A stretch of 50,452 bases of DNA from Spongospora subterranea f. sp. subterranea (GCA_049724395.1 JAUGWO010000126.1:1-50452), one strand, 5' to 3'. Positions 26,336-39,457 are shown, counted from the first letter of the stretch. The notes: generated from the sequence alone by a model not told the origin. A program made the numbers and translations.

Positions 26336-28539
26336 ACGGGTGTACTGGTCCCCTCGGGATATCATCATTATTGCAACAAACAAGGCATATTTTATTTTTC
26401 ATGCGATGACGGTTTTGTTTTTCGGTCACTGAACGCGACGTTGCTAAATCCAATAAACCGAAACATTTTCTTTCAGGCAAGGTCGAAGGACAATGGCGTC
26501 ACTTCTTGAAAGTAAAACGTGCCGATGAAGGAACAAATGGCAATGCCATGTTGTTAGTTTGCACCCGTTGATGCCCCTTGTCAGTAGAGGCTTTCACGAC
26601 AGAGAGCTGGCGAAGAATTTAAAATCTATCAGAATGTATCAGAAGTCCGGTCACGTCCACGAATAAGAACCCGACACCCAAAATTCTCTGTGTCTCTACA
26701 GAGCAACAATGCAGACGATATTCCCAGCAAAAGTTCGCCTGCTAATGACGCGGCTTTACAAGCTCGGATCATTTGGATCAATTTCACCGAGAGTGGCGGC
26801 ACATCGTCAGGCTGTTGCTCTGTGAAATACACAGAGCACCTCGGATGTCGGCTATCAGAATGCCAGGCACATCTCAACAATTTTAGATGATCATGAGGGC
26901 CTCATCGCTCAGATTGATTGCTGAGATTTGCTCGCGTTTTGGAAACTGTCACGACCGAACAAGTTAAACCCAGTTTTCAATAATTCTTTCATCTGGTCTG
27001 TTTCTTTCGATCACTTGCAAAAGAATTTCGAGATTGGCGTTGCGAGGAGTTCTCACTGGGGCCGCCAAGAAAATGACTATGTTCGTTCATTGATTTCAGA
27101 TAATTCCCAGGCTCGGGGTCCAACGTCACGACGGATTTGGGAAGCGGTGTCAATTACCTCGACATTTTGATGTTCATGGTATTCGTCGAGTCGTTTGACC
27201 GTCCAGCGATGTGTACGTCAAACGCTGAACGGCACGGCGCTGGAGCGAGCGTGGCAAACCGGGCGAGACATGGTCGGAATCTGAACCCGCGATCGAACCT
27301 CAGACGGAGCGGGACCTTTTGGCATTTCACAATGTCAATCGCGAACAAGAGCACCAGCTTCGACTGCCTTTAACAATCACTTTTGGCCGTAATCGAAACA
27401 GCGAATCAACAAACGATCGCACAACAAAGTCCTCGTGTTGATGGGCAACTTTTTGGGCTGTGCCACAATTGTCAGAACCGATTCCCGTAATCATACTTAA
27501 TGTGCAGCAGGAACCGGATCGCGATCCATTGGCGCACCTAGGTCCGCTGACAACGGTTTGACGAATTGTTGGATCGCGCCTGATATGAACCGAACGGCCC
27601 AACAGGAGTTGGGATACGATGTGTCTGGGCGGTCGCTCCCCAGAGCGTGGTGCCTGTGTTCGCCGGGACGATTCTCCACAACTACCCATGAACTTGAGAT
27701 ATCGACTCACTAATCCAGGTTCGTGTCGCCAATATCCCAATTCGCCGTTCGCCTAACGTGCCTCGCCCACTTCTGAGCCCTCATAGCCTGGAACATTTCG
27801 TCTGGCAGTGTTGCCGGCGACTCGCCCAAACGGCCGTATCTGGACGTTCCTTGGATATCGAATCTATATCAGATCCGTCCGTCCGATTCCCCAACTATCT
27901 CCCATGGGCAAATCATAAATGACCCTTTGAAGGTGCTACCTTTGACGACGACGACACGCCTAGCCCATTCCATATCCGGAAACACTTGTCCTACTCCTCG
28001 AAGTTCTCTTCCAAGGCTCGTGTATGTATATGGCGTAAACACTGCCAAGTGTGAAGTTGATTCGTTTTTTGAGACAGGTGCCATGATCCGGGAAGAGTTG
28101 TCGCCATTGTCAACCTTTCGATTCCATCATCGACGACCCGACTCAATGCAGTTTCAATGTTCAATCAGCCCGATCTTCGCTCAAGGTTAGTTTTTTTTGT
28201 TTTTTTCGGATTAAACAGCGTTCGGAGTGCTGGTCGAGCAGTGTTCATCCCGCTCGTTCCTCGATCGGATACAATCGTTTTAGTGCAAGCGTTGACTCCT
28301 GGGCGGGATAATCGTCACTCTGGCTCGTTCCTGATCAGAAATTGAAACCTTATTTCTCAGTTTCCGTACCCGGCCGGCGACCATTCCAGAATTAGGTTGT
28401 TGAGCATGGCGATTAATACTCTTCGTATACACATACCGATGTTGCTGAGAGGACAATAAACAAAAAAAGATTTAATAAAACCAAACCATTAGGTACTTTG
28501 ATTGGAGTCAGACTGTTCCGACACAATTTTAGGAATCAG

Positions 28540-28800
28540 TTACCACAATGTGATTTCCCATTACTATCGCGATTGCCTCTAGTTTATCGGCCAAATCTGA
28601 AATTCAACTGTCGACGACTTGTTTCAAACAGAATTTCCCTATGATCTTCCTCTGGCAAATATTACGCTTTCAAAAACATGTACTGGATTTGGCAATCAAT
28701 GCTGGTCTATACCCAACATGTTCTTTTCATCGAATGAGGTGCATTGGCAGGTTAGCCAAAAATGCACGACAGATTGTGCGACTTCTGTGTTCAAACATGA
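28540..28800 (+). mobile_element. Possible hAT transposase remnant
   Basis: ITIAIASS (cf. ITTDNASN), LRFQKHVLDLAINAGL (cf. RC.AH.LNL) and KNARQIV in the expected order. Confidence 0.4.
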
Positions 28801-30216
28801 TCCCATCTACACGAACTCGACGTACGAACTCTCAGTCAAAAATAGGTCAAAAGAAAGCGCGGGCTTCAATTGTATGTTCAACATATCATCGTCGAGCTGA
28901 GAATCGAGGACCTCGCCCTGAAAAATGCCATTTCGTGTTTGGAAAGCTTGGCAGAAAAATTCGCCGTGTCCCGGCAGATTTCTTTCACTATCCCAAAGAA
29001 AAAACTTTGTAATTGACTTGATAGATTGAATTCTTCCCGCAAACTTGTACTATGATGTGGAGTTGGGAAAATTTACGAAAGAACGAAGTTCCGAATTTAG
29101 CAATTAGCTAAAAGACATTCTTATTTGTCCCTCCTTGTCTAAATATGTATAACCTGGGTAAAAGTCGATGGGGGAGAAAACAAATTGTCGTTTGTTGAAA
29201 AAATAATATTATTATTTACGATTATTTCTATAAATATAGCTGATACATTATCAATACATGCGATCGTTTTTCTGGGGACGTGTCCTGATAGAGGCGTTCG
29301 ATTCCGCCTTCTCTCGTGGTTCATGGAATTCCCCATCAGTTTCGTAATTCGCACTGGAGTCCGTCCCCGATGACTCCAGGACGGATTCGGGCGCAGAACT
29401 GGCAGTGGGACTGGCTCTGCAAAAGCAACATTTTCAGCACAGAAGACACCGGATCGACTGACAATTTACCGTTGAGTACCGTCAACAACAACGGAGTTGT
29501 GCGAAACCGGATCCGATAAGCTTATATCCACCAGGTCAGCGACTTTCGAAGCGGACGCGCCTTGGCTGGTGGCCTCGGACGCAAAAGAAGGAACAGGAGA
29601 GGGGGATACAATTTTGGTTCGTTGCTGGTGGTCATCGCGTTGGTCGACTTTTCGTTCATCATACGGCGGTACGTCTTCATCATTGTCCCCGAGCCCGAAC
29701 ATGCTCCTCCTTGAATAGTTTGCCGAAATCAACGATTCCCCAGGGTCTTTCCCACGTTGCACGCCCCCGACAGGATGATTGCTGATCTGTTCTTCTTGCC
29801 AATCTTCTTCATATAGGTCGAGTTCGTGCATGTCGATTTTCACATTCCAAATCTCCTCTTCCTCTTCAGGACTAGAGCCAAAACCAATCAGGCTTGAAAA
29901 TGTGAACTATAAACGCGGAAATAATACTCGACGTTTGCATATGACCGGCGGGATTTACACCACGACAGAACTACACCCATTTCTGTGTCTATCGACCAGC
30001 GAATCAGTCGATATCTAACCCGCTGATGGTGATAGAAAACAAAAAACACAAATGATGAAATTACAGGGTCTGGTCAACTGACAAGGGGGTTGCCCATCCG
30101 ACCACTTGTTACAGGGGGCTGCTCACTCCCCTCCACACTTGCGCTTCGTACAGTTAAATGTATGTACTGACAGAGCACAGTTGTACATGTGTACACTCGT
30201 CCGGCAACAGCCCCAA

Positions 30217-30887
30217 GTCTCGAATTGCCGGTGACGTAACTCAACGTCTCGAGAACGGTCTCTTGACGCTTCTTCGAATTGAAATTGTCGCATTTCAATA
30301 TCTTTGACCCTGAGGGCATGTTCTTGTGCACGAAATGCAGAAGTCTCCTCGATTTCGAGGCGACGAATTTGCATCTCTGCTGCATGCCTTTGCATGTCAA
30401 AATCTAAGCGTTTCTGCTCCATTTCCATTTTGCCAGTTCCAAACTTCCCACCAAGCAGCTCGGTAATCGCGTCTTGTTGGCGATTATTGCGGCGCCTCTT
30501 GGAGTATAGGACGTCGCTGTCATTGTTGGGAGATAAATCGGTGAAGGATTGAGCGGGTGAAATCGCGACGGATCCATTGCTGTTGAGTTGTGGTTGCACT
30601 CCTCCGGTAATGACGTCTTCCCCGCCAACGATGCCTTCCGCGAAGCTGCTTGATGGGATGTTTGGAACTGGCAAAATGGAAATGGAGCAGAAACGCTTAG
30701 ATTTTGACATGCAAAGGCATGCAGCAGAGATGCAAATTCGTCGCCTTGAAATCGAGGAGACTTCCGCATTTCGTGCACAAGAACATGCCCTCAGGGTCAA
30801 AGAGATTGAAATGCAGCAATTTCAATTCGAAGAAGCGTCAAGAGACCGTTCTCGAGACCTTGAGTTACTTCACCGGCAATTCGAGAC
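30217..30887. repeat. Inverted duplication, 244-bp arms (30217-30460 / 30644-30887), 183-bp spacer
   Basis: The arms are reverse complements with scattered substitutions; the peptide FGTGKMEMEQKRLDFDMQRH appears on both strands in the ORF track. Confidence 0.95.
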
Positions 30888-30981
30888 GAACGCCCAACAA
30901 TTCGAGACGAACTTGAAGCTTTCCATGCAAAGCATGGAACCGAAGATGCTCGCGCTGAAAGAAAAGTTTGATAAACAATAA
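30644..30981 (+). mobile_element. 3' part of the probable Harbinger accessory ORF (coiled coil)
   Basis: E/Q/R/K-rich helical ORF convergent with and abutting the Harbinger transposase, the usual two-gene layout; no Myb domain seen. Confidence 0.5.
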
Positions 30982-31029
30982 AAACAAAACTGTCCTTTAT
31001 TAACAGAATGCTCAATTCCAGACTGGTAT

Positions 31030-31969
31030 GAATGCGTCCAGATATCATCCAACGTCGGCGGATAACACGTAAAGAATGACGATGCTTGATTGCCACCAAA
31101 ATGACAGGTTATACGGTTCGTGAAAAAAAAAACTGACAAACGGAAGATAGCTTCAACCTGTACCGCTTCGATTTTTAGCTGCTTTTCCCAGTCGGCAATC
31201 GGAAAATGACGAACAACAATATTGTAACCCCATTCGACTGATACCCGAACGGATGCAAAAAGAATCTTGTTAAAGGCTTGCGCGTGCGCCGGCAGAAAAC
31301 GTCCTCAGTACACTGCGATCATAACGTCATTCGTTGGGTAAGCTGAGTCAGCTCCCACCTTGTAATCTCTCAACTCCGGGCGGTTGCGAATCCATGGCAT
31401 CAGATTTGATTCGGCGAGAATGTACGCTTCTCCTCTTCGCCAGTCGGCACAATAAGAGCAATGAACAATTAGTCCATCTGGTGCTTGCAGCGTGTAAAAC
31501 TTCAAACGGTGGATGTTTTTAAGCCCACTGTACATGACGCGCTGGTAGTGGGATGGCCGGGCGATTTGTACTTTTTTCACATCGATTATGCTCCATAACT
31601 TCAGGATAGGTGGGATGCCTCTCCGATGAAATGCGCTCGAAGCCTGTGATCGGATGTTGTTCGCGATGCGGCCAATTGTTGATTTCCACCGGACAGGATT
31701 TTGAGCAGAAAATACACTTGAAAATTCTCGATAAGGCGCTTTCATGACGCACGTAAAATTGTGTCAAATCTGTCCATTTACGCACGTACGTCAATCGGTC
31801 TAACAACAGACACAAAGTTTTTGATTCGATCACGATGACCAGGAACGATAATAACCGCTGGCATTCTCAGAAGAACGACTGAACGTTTTAACCTTTGGTG
31901 GTCAAACCGAAATCGCCTCTTGCACATCCTATCCGACAGAGCGTTGAGGTCGAAGGAGAACGCTGGCAT
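31030..31969 (-). mobile_element. PIF/Harbinger DDE transposase (DDE_Tnp_4, HARBI1-like) pseudogene
   Basis: RFRF, LCLLLDRL, IDVKKVQIARP...QRVMYSG.K..H.LKF, PDGLI, ADSAYP, FNK...SVRVSVEWGY and PPTLDD across frameshifts. Confidence 0.9.
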
Positions 31970-32340
31970 GATAACGGTGTCAACATGGAAACAGCGATTT
32001 CCTAACCATTATCGACACCCATAATATCGATGAGGTTGGCGATCAAAACCACGTCTTCGGCACGAATGATGCGTCCGGCGAGTTAACGCGATTCCAGCAA
32101 AGTTGCGGCTGCGTCAAACTCCCGGAAAAGAGGCCGATCGACGTGGTCAATATCGTCAAGATGCAGCATGCGAATGGGAGCCATGGAGTAGAAACTTTGA
32201 ATCCCGTCATGTTTCGACATTTAAAGGAACCCGCAATAATTTTTGGCGCCAGAAAGTCCTCCCAAATCGAGGCGCAAAACAGTTTGGGTTCAGCTTAATT
32301 GCTCTTGGGAACTCAATTCAAATTGCATTCGAGCAACGTG

Positions 32341-32687
32341 ATTCAGGCCACGTTAACCAGCACCATTCTCCTCCACATATGCGAACCAGATACGTGAACC
32401 AGCCATTGCTTTTGTCCCGACATCTCAGGGGCCATTTCCACCTTTCAAGCGGGTCAAGGTGGATCAAATCCGATCCAATAAACCATTCGCAATTCTAATT
32501 GCCTTACACCCATTGTTTGCCTGTAAGACCGCGTGCTTGATCTTACAGGCAAACAATGGTTATAAAGGCAATAAGAATTGCGAATGGTTTATTGGATCGG
32601 ATTTGATCCACCTTGATCCGCTTGAAAGGTGGAAATGGCCCCTGACATGACGGGACATAAGCAATGGCTGGTTAACGTGAACTGAAT
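32341..32687. repeat. Foldback palindrome: ~135-bp core arms (32394-32528 / 32541-32676), 12-nt loop, extendable to 32341/32687
   Basis: ...cattgtttgcctgtaaga-ccgcgtgcttga-tcttacaggcaaacaatg...; near-perfect complementarity with a few mismatches; no TSD found. Confidence 0.93.
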
Positions 32688-32756
32688 TACGACAAATTGC
32701 ATTGCGGACGAAGGTTGCGGCCAACGGGCGTGGCGCTAGCGCTGCAACGTGAAAGA

Positions 32757-33387
32757 TATATACATGAACTAACTCCAAGGATACAAATCCAAGGCACCGC
32801 TTGTCAAACTTCTCCATTCGCTCTATGGTCTTAAACAAGCTCCCTATGAATGGTTCAAGCTTCTCGACTCGTTTCTTGTTGACAAATGCGGATGTTCAAG
32901 GGTAAAATCGACAACATGCCTGTATTTTTAGAAAAATTCAGCGGGGAAGTTCGTGATTATTGGACTTTATGTGGATGACCTACCCATTATTGGTCACCCG
33001 GAACTGGTTTATGAACTTAAGACTGCTTTGACTGCACAATTTCGGATGTCTGATTTAGGACCCTTCAAGACTTGCATAGGAATCGAGATTGATCGAAATG
33101 ACGCACTTCACTCGGTTTTCATTCACCAGGCACCGTACACTGAGCAGATTCTTCAGATGTACAACATGAACTCGTGCAGATCTCAACCTACTCCAGCCTC
33201 AAATATCAGACTCACCAAGAACATGTGCCCTACCTCCTCTTCAGACCGTGACGCCGTCTTCATCGAACAGCGCCGTATTGATGATCGAGCTGCTGTGGGT
33301 CATCTAATTTGGCTGCTCCATACGCGTCCAGATATAGAAGTGTCACGATATGTCCATGATCCTGGCCAGGCCCATTCGGTGGGATGA
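32757..33387 (+). mobile_element. Ty1/Copia reverse transcriptase fragment
   Basis: IYM, SLYGLKQAP..W, GLYVDDL, FRMSDLG...GIEI and AVGHLIW..TRPDI; internal stops. Confidence 0.93.
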
Positions 33388-33789
33388 TTTTAGTAATGGA
33401 CTTTGAAAAATGACATCAATGACACTATGTTTTCTCGTATTTTTTGCCAGTCAGGCATGGCCATGAACATTTGCTATCCCCACACGCAATGCAAAACCGT
33501 TGTCAACCCAATGCAGATCGATGGTCTAGCCAATACCTGCCAAAGTCTTCCCTGGGGCCGCAAGTCATCGTATGATGTAGTTGAAATAAACGGGACCTTT
33601 GGGCAGGTGTCGGGAAATGCGACGTACAAGGCGCCAACACTGATCGCAATGATAGTTGTGATTAGAACACTCCCAGACCAAAACAATAATTGTTCAACCT
33701 TGCAAGGTTTTAGCTCAACCCAGTGGTAAAGTATGTTCCATAAACATTGGCCGTATGTCCACCTGCCAAAGGAATGGTAGCACGACACT

Positions 33790-33924
33790 CCATTCCCACT
33801 GGAGTGCCAACAAAACCATCCCATGAACGACTTCGCTGACGTAGCTTGTCATTCTACCGTGATCCAAAGCTACGTCAGCGAAGTCGTTCATGGGATGGTT
33901 ACGCCGGCACTCCAGTGGGAGTGG
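33790..33924. repeat. Hairpin, ~58-bp arms, 19-nt loop
   Basis: aaccatcccatgaacgacttcgctgacgtagctt pairs perfectly with aagctacgtcagcgaagtcgttcatgggatggtt; outer stem tcccactggagtgcc/ggcactccagtggga. Confidence 0.92.
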
Positions 33925-33928
33925 AATG

Positions 33929-35290
33929 AGATCCGATTTTGGCTGTTCGGTGAATGACGCCTGGGTTGCCATCCACGAACAAGCGCGGCCCCCCCCCCCC
34001 CCCCCATATTATCCTCGATGCCATTGCAACTTTTGACATGGTGGCGCCAAATCGCCGTGATGCTGGTGCGGGCCACCGATGGCTGTTCCACTTCAACAAG
34101 TCAAGCGACATCGACGACTGTCGCCGTCAGATTATGGCCAATAATGCCCCTAAAGCTCAAATTGGTCTCCGTCTCGGTGCGGTTAAGGTACCAATCAATC
34201 CAATGGCCTTTTGCGCTATAATTTACAGGATAGCGTTCCGGGAGGACGATATACAGGAATCTAACTGAACCACCGCACGGCCAACGACGTCATGGCGAAA
34301 GTAATTTCCTTCGTCCTTCGATTAGCTGCACGTGACTTGTGCTTCAAATTGCGCTGAAGTGACAACCGTTCGTCACATTGCTTGTGAATCGTATCGATAA
34401 AGGTTAAAAAAATAAATCAGTCGTGAGTTCATGACACCGATTAGTTGATATGGGAGCTTCCACAACCGAATCTAATTGCGGAATGAATATGGACGTAATG
34501 AGCGAAGACATTACATCAAAATTGTGGCACAACGTCACGATTACTTCGCAAACCTATACAGTACCTTGCAATCGATCAACGATTTGCGCATTGATGCGGA
34601 GCCAGGAGACCCAGAGCTACAACTGATTTGGCTTGGTTTTGAACTGTCCGATAATTCTTGGAACCGTTTGAGATCATGCTCGCTGATGATGGAGCAGTCA
34701 TTTCTGGAGTCCAAAACATCAAATTCTGAACTCGTTTCATCTCTTTTACGAAGTTCTGTTTGAGTAATCCGTATTCCATTGTACTTTGTTTCAACGTGTT
34801 TCTGCTTCCGAAATGGGGGAATGTGCCCCAATAGCAGTCACTGTAATCCTGTACCCAGTCTTACTCTTAGGGTCCCAAGGTTGATTAATAAACATCACTT
34901 TCTCTTTTTCCTCTGAATTGTCTACTAACCGCATCTTCAACGTCGTTGGCCGTGCGGTGGTTCAGTTAGAATCCTGTACATCATCCTCCCGGAACGCTAT
35001 CTTGTGAATTATAGCGCAAAAGGCCATTGGAATGATTGGTACCACGACTGCACCGAGGCGGAGAGCAATAACTTGAGCTTTAGGGAAAATGCGTTAGCAC
35101 AATTCGCCATAATTTGACGGCGACAGTCGTCGATGTCGCTTGACCTGTTGAAATGTAACAGCCATCGGTGGCCCGGCGATTTGGCGCCACCATGTTAAAC
35201 GTTGCAATGGCATCGAGGATAATATCGGGGGCAGCTTGTTCGTGGATGGCAATCCAGGCATCATTCACCCGAACAGCCAAAATCGGATCT
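33929..35290. repeat. Inverted duplication, ~360-bp arms (33929-34290 / 34940-35290), ~650-bp spacer
   Basis: Reverse-complement match throughout; IILDAIATF(D/N)MVAPNRR appears on both strands; the arms are diverged with small indels. Confidence 0.92.
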
Positions 35291-38200
35291 TCATCCGTCA
35301 GGCTGAGCTCTTCAGTCAACACCTTCTTTAAATTGGTTGAAAGGCCGATCAGTTTTGCCACATGGTGGCTCGCCTTTTCAGGATCATTGCCACCAACGAT
35401 TGGAGTACTAGTTTTCAGATGCTTCGCCTTGATCTTGTTCGCCAGCATCGTTGACGATCGATCGCTTGTTAAGAGGTTCGGTAAGGCAGGGTTTTGACGA
35501 CATGACTATCAAGAACCGGTTCACCAAACAGCAGCGCGGTCGGATTGTGATGTCCGGGCTTTTTGCGATTATTGATTATTTAATACTCAAAGTGGTTCAA
35601 CTGTGCTTCGCATCTACTGTCCTATTTTTGGAATTTTGAGTAATTTTTTGGAGGTTTGTGGGTTTAGTTTATGGGACCTTCGATTTACTCGTAGAAACGA
35701 GGGATTTTGTGGTAGATTTGCGGTAGGGCACGATTTGCCATCTCATCACATTTTTGATGTCTTTTGTGTGATTTACCGGCCCTAAACCTTCACTTGGGGA
35801 AAACGGCCATCCTAGTAGTGCCAGACTGCTCTGACACACTGAAAGTCGTAAATTGTTGCCAAAACTATAGCGATTTCCTAATCTCGTATTGCCATAGACT
35901 CAGCACAGGCAGTGAAACGCGAATGCGTCTTTCAACTGTAAGCTGTCCATTGACCCTAAACTGCAATTCCTGTGCATGGTCAACTATCTAAGGAGACAAG
36001 TGGCGACTTGAGCAAATACAAAGGATTGATGAAAAACAAACACTTGTTCAGACATGCAAACAAACGAAACTTTGTGTCGTAACCTGGAAAGGGTTCTTAA
36101 CTTGTCACATCGATTCGATTCGTTGAAAATTATCAATTTCGTTGCCATAAGTGGAGGCTGGAGCGCCTTGATCGCTTTACCAGATAACAGTTATCATCAG
36201 TGTTGAAAAAATTATGAAAAATCGGTACTGGAACGACAAACTGCTGATTATATTCGAGACAACGAAAAGAGTTGCAATACGCTAAATAAAAACCTGTGTT
36301 GACTCATTGTGCACAGTATGACTTCATTGGCAGCGATGAAGGATAGTGATTCATAATCATAATATAATTAGCACCCGGCCGTTATTATTTATAATGCCAG
36401 AATCAGTCAAGCCCACAGACGCGTTTATGGAGGCAGTTAACGCAATGCCAACAGTCGATGAGGCGCAGACACAATATTACCAGCGACCAAAAAAAGCCAT
36501 CAAGTTCGTCATCAATCTGGACGAGTGTGTCGCTGAGGAAAGCAGCGAAGAATCTTTATCAAGTTACTAATCTTTAATTGCTTAACATTTTGTTTACGCC
36601 TGAAACTCAATTAGCACAGTCAATAAAACAAGATCGGTCATAATACTTCTTCGTCGAAAAATTTGTTCAACATTTGTTCAAGAACGGCATCATTGTACTT
36701 GATGTATTTTCCAGGATGACTGGAAAACTCAACGGAAGAGAACCTAAACAGCACCGGCAGAAGAAGTAAAAAGCTTGGACTCTGAATGACAGAAAACAGT
36801 TATACTTATCGAGGAATACACGGTATTTGGGAATGACAAGTTCAACATTTGCATTTCGAAGCTGACTACGAAGGTCCGGATCAGGAACTGAGAACTGCTT
36901 TTGGGCAGTATATAGTTCCTCAAACGCAGCGTTGAAACCCTGTTATCGGCAGCGCTGAAACCCTATACAAAATTGCAATCACTCTAAAATTACCGAGAAG
37001 CTTTGTTTTATGGACTTTTTCTGTGCTGAAGCCAACGGAGTTGTAAACAACGAGGTGTCTCCACCTTTGTCGATGCAGGAAAGCAGTTTTGACCACCTAA
37101 AACATGTCAAATTAGCGAGCGAACTTAGTTTTCAAAACTTACGTTGCTTGACGATAAGCATCCGAGCCCATTTTGAATCGATGCTCTATGTCTTGGATAA
37201 CTTTTTGTCCAACAATCAAAGTAGACAGTTCTGAAGCAGATCTGATGTTTTTCAAAATATAATTTGCGTTGTTCATTGTGAAAATATGCATGAGACTAGT
37301 TTTGTTCAGAAGTTGAAGAGAGAGATTGCATGAAGGATGTACATACCAACTGTTTTTATAAGAACGCGCTTTCTGTTCTAAGCTGTTAAACGCCAGATTA
37401 AAATCCACAAACTGTGAACATCCTCGAAATTCACCTGGAGTTAAGAGCAGCGAGGAAATCTCCAATTACCAATTCTGTTTTGGGTAAATGAGGATTGCAC
37501 TGCTCAATTGTGGATCTGAATACAGATATATTTAAGGGCAAACCACGGGGTCAGCCAATAATCCAGACCTGTATTCAAACAATCGAATAATGAAGTTCAT
37601 TGTTTGAATTGTAACTGTATCATACCCTGCACAGCATATGAAAAACTTGATGATCGGGGATGTTCGAGTTACCTCCGTCAACAGGAAACTGTTGCTTTGA
37701 ATAGGAATGTGCAATCTTCTCTTTCCTATACTCTATAGCTTTCTGGGCGGTTTCAATTACCTGTTTGACGACCTCGCGGAGGGACCCGAGTTCCTAAATT
37801 TTGATTGTTATAAACGAAGAAATCAATAATACCAAATTACATGATGGCTATGTTTCTCCATAAGCATATACAGATTATCCAATATATCCAGAAGAATAAG
37901 AACCTTACTGTCCGACTTCTTTTTCATTAACTCTTCTGCCTCTTTACTAACGCAATCAAAAGAACTGGAAAAGATGTTAATTCCTTGCCAGAGGCCAATG
38001 GGAAATTCACCTATTTGTGATAGCCGTAAGACATGCTTGCATATCGGCAGGATGATCGTTGGTCAATTCAAACAGATCCGAAATGAATTTTTGTTCAAGC
38101 TGGAAGGGAGACTTAGAAAAGATCTCCAATTAGGAAACCGATACAACGTACTTTAACCAAATAGATTAAAAACTGCATAAATTTGATGAACGGGTGAGAG

Positions 38201-39457
38201 CCACGTTCATATTGCTCAGAAGACGTTTTCTTCTTCACGCCAAGTAAACGATTCTTGACTTTAGATGCCATGCGTTGACTGTCCCTGACTCTGACCTTAG
38301 ACCGAAAATCACATTAAAACAACATGCGGGAAATTACTCTGCAATAGCCTCTAAATTATGATGGTTAGGTACAGATTTGCTGCTATTAGAGCTGGCTGTA
38401 TCCAGCGACTCCTTTATCATCATTATTCTGGTCTGAACTAACCGACTGAGGAACATATCGCTAGCGCCACAATTGTAAAGACACTCGGCGATAATGCCAA
38501 GCGAATTTAAGGATGAACTTGAAACCTAGAAATTGATTAATAAGCCACCGCGGAACCGATTCCAAAGTTACTGGCTGAAAGTCATCAGGTAGTGGCCAAG
38601 GGAGTTGTCTGAAATCAATCGGTTTACTATCGGTTTCGATGATTCTTTTGAATTCCAACTCGCACGCCTATTGATTCCAATTCGCTACATTAACTGTCAT
38701 CGTAAACAAAAGACCCTCCCACCTTTATACATTTTTTGGCAAGTGCCTGACATGACTTCAGATATTTACCCGCAGTTGACGATCCAATTGAAGGGTTGGC
38801 TTCGAAATATTCACGTGCGGACAGAATCGCATTCACCTTAACAGAAAATTGTTCTGGATGAGTAGCTAAGCTCCTGGATATGCATCCGTTAGATTTCAAA
38901 AAGATAGATATGGGTGAAAATACTTTTCATCCAATTGCGACTCGTCGAGTTGTGCAGTAGCGCAATGCCTTTGTAAACGATTAACCTCATCAATGGTCCT
39001 ATCAATATCTAATAGGCGGTGCTTAACAAAAGGCTTAATGAAAAACACCGATGAGATATACTCTTTTGTGCAGTGGTGAGACTTTGTGTCTGCTTATGGA
39101 TAGGGATCATGGTTGTCTCTAGAGTGGTCAGACGAGCATGGAACCCATCTAATATATCACACTAAACAAAATGTTACAAATTGATTAACCATTCATGATC
39201 ATAAAAGTATGAAAAGAGTTTCTTGTTATGAAATACAGCAAGGCGGGTTGTAAATACCATTTGATCAGTTAATGCCTGGCATTGTTGTAGCCCTGTTGTT
39301 ACTTGAGAAATTGTCCCTTGCAGCTGATCCACATACGCGTCATGATCTCCTTCCATTGTCAGATTAATATTCTAACAGGTGTGAATGCGCTTCTTGTATT
39401 GATAATGGTGTCGCCCTGATCATTATCCAATAGTGGTATCCTGGTTTTGATGGGCAC

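Noticed and set aside
26400..28400. Possible gene or TE ORFs (for example FMVFVESFDR, resembling Copia integrase)
   Set aside because: Single weak motifs without supporting neighbours; cannot be assigned from sequence alone.
35723..35784. Mini hAT element TAGGGC...GCCCTA
   Set aside because: Only 6 bp of terminal match and no 8-bp target-site duplication.
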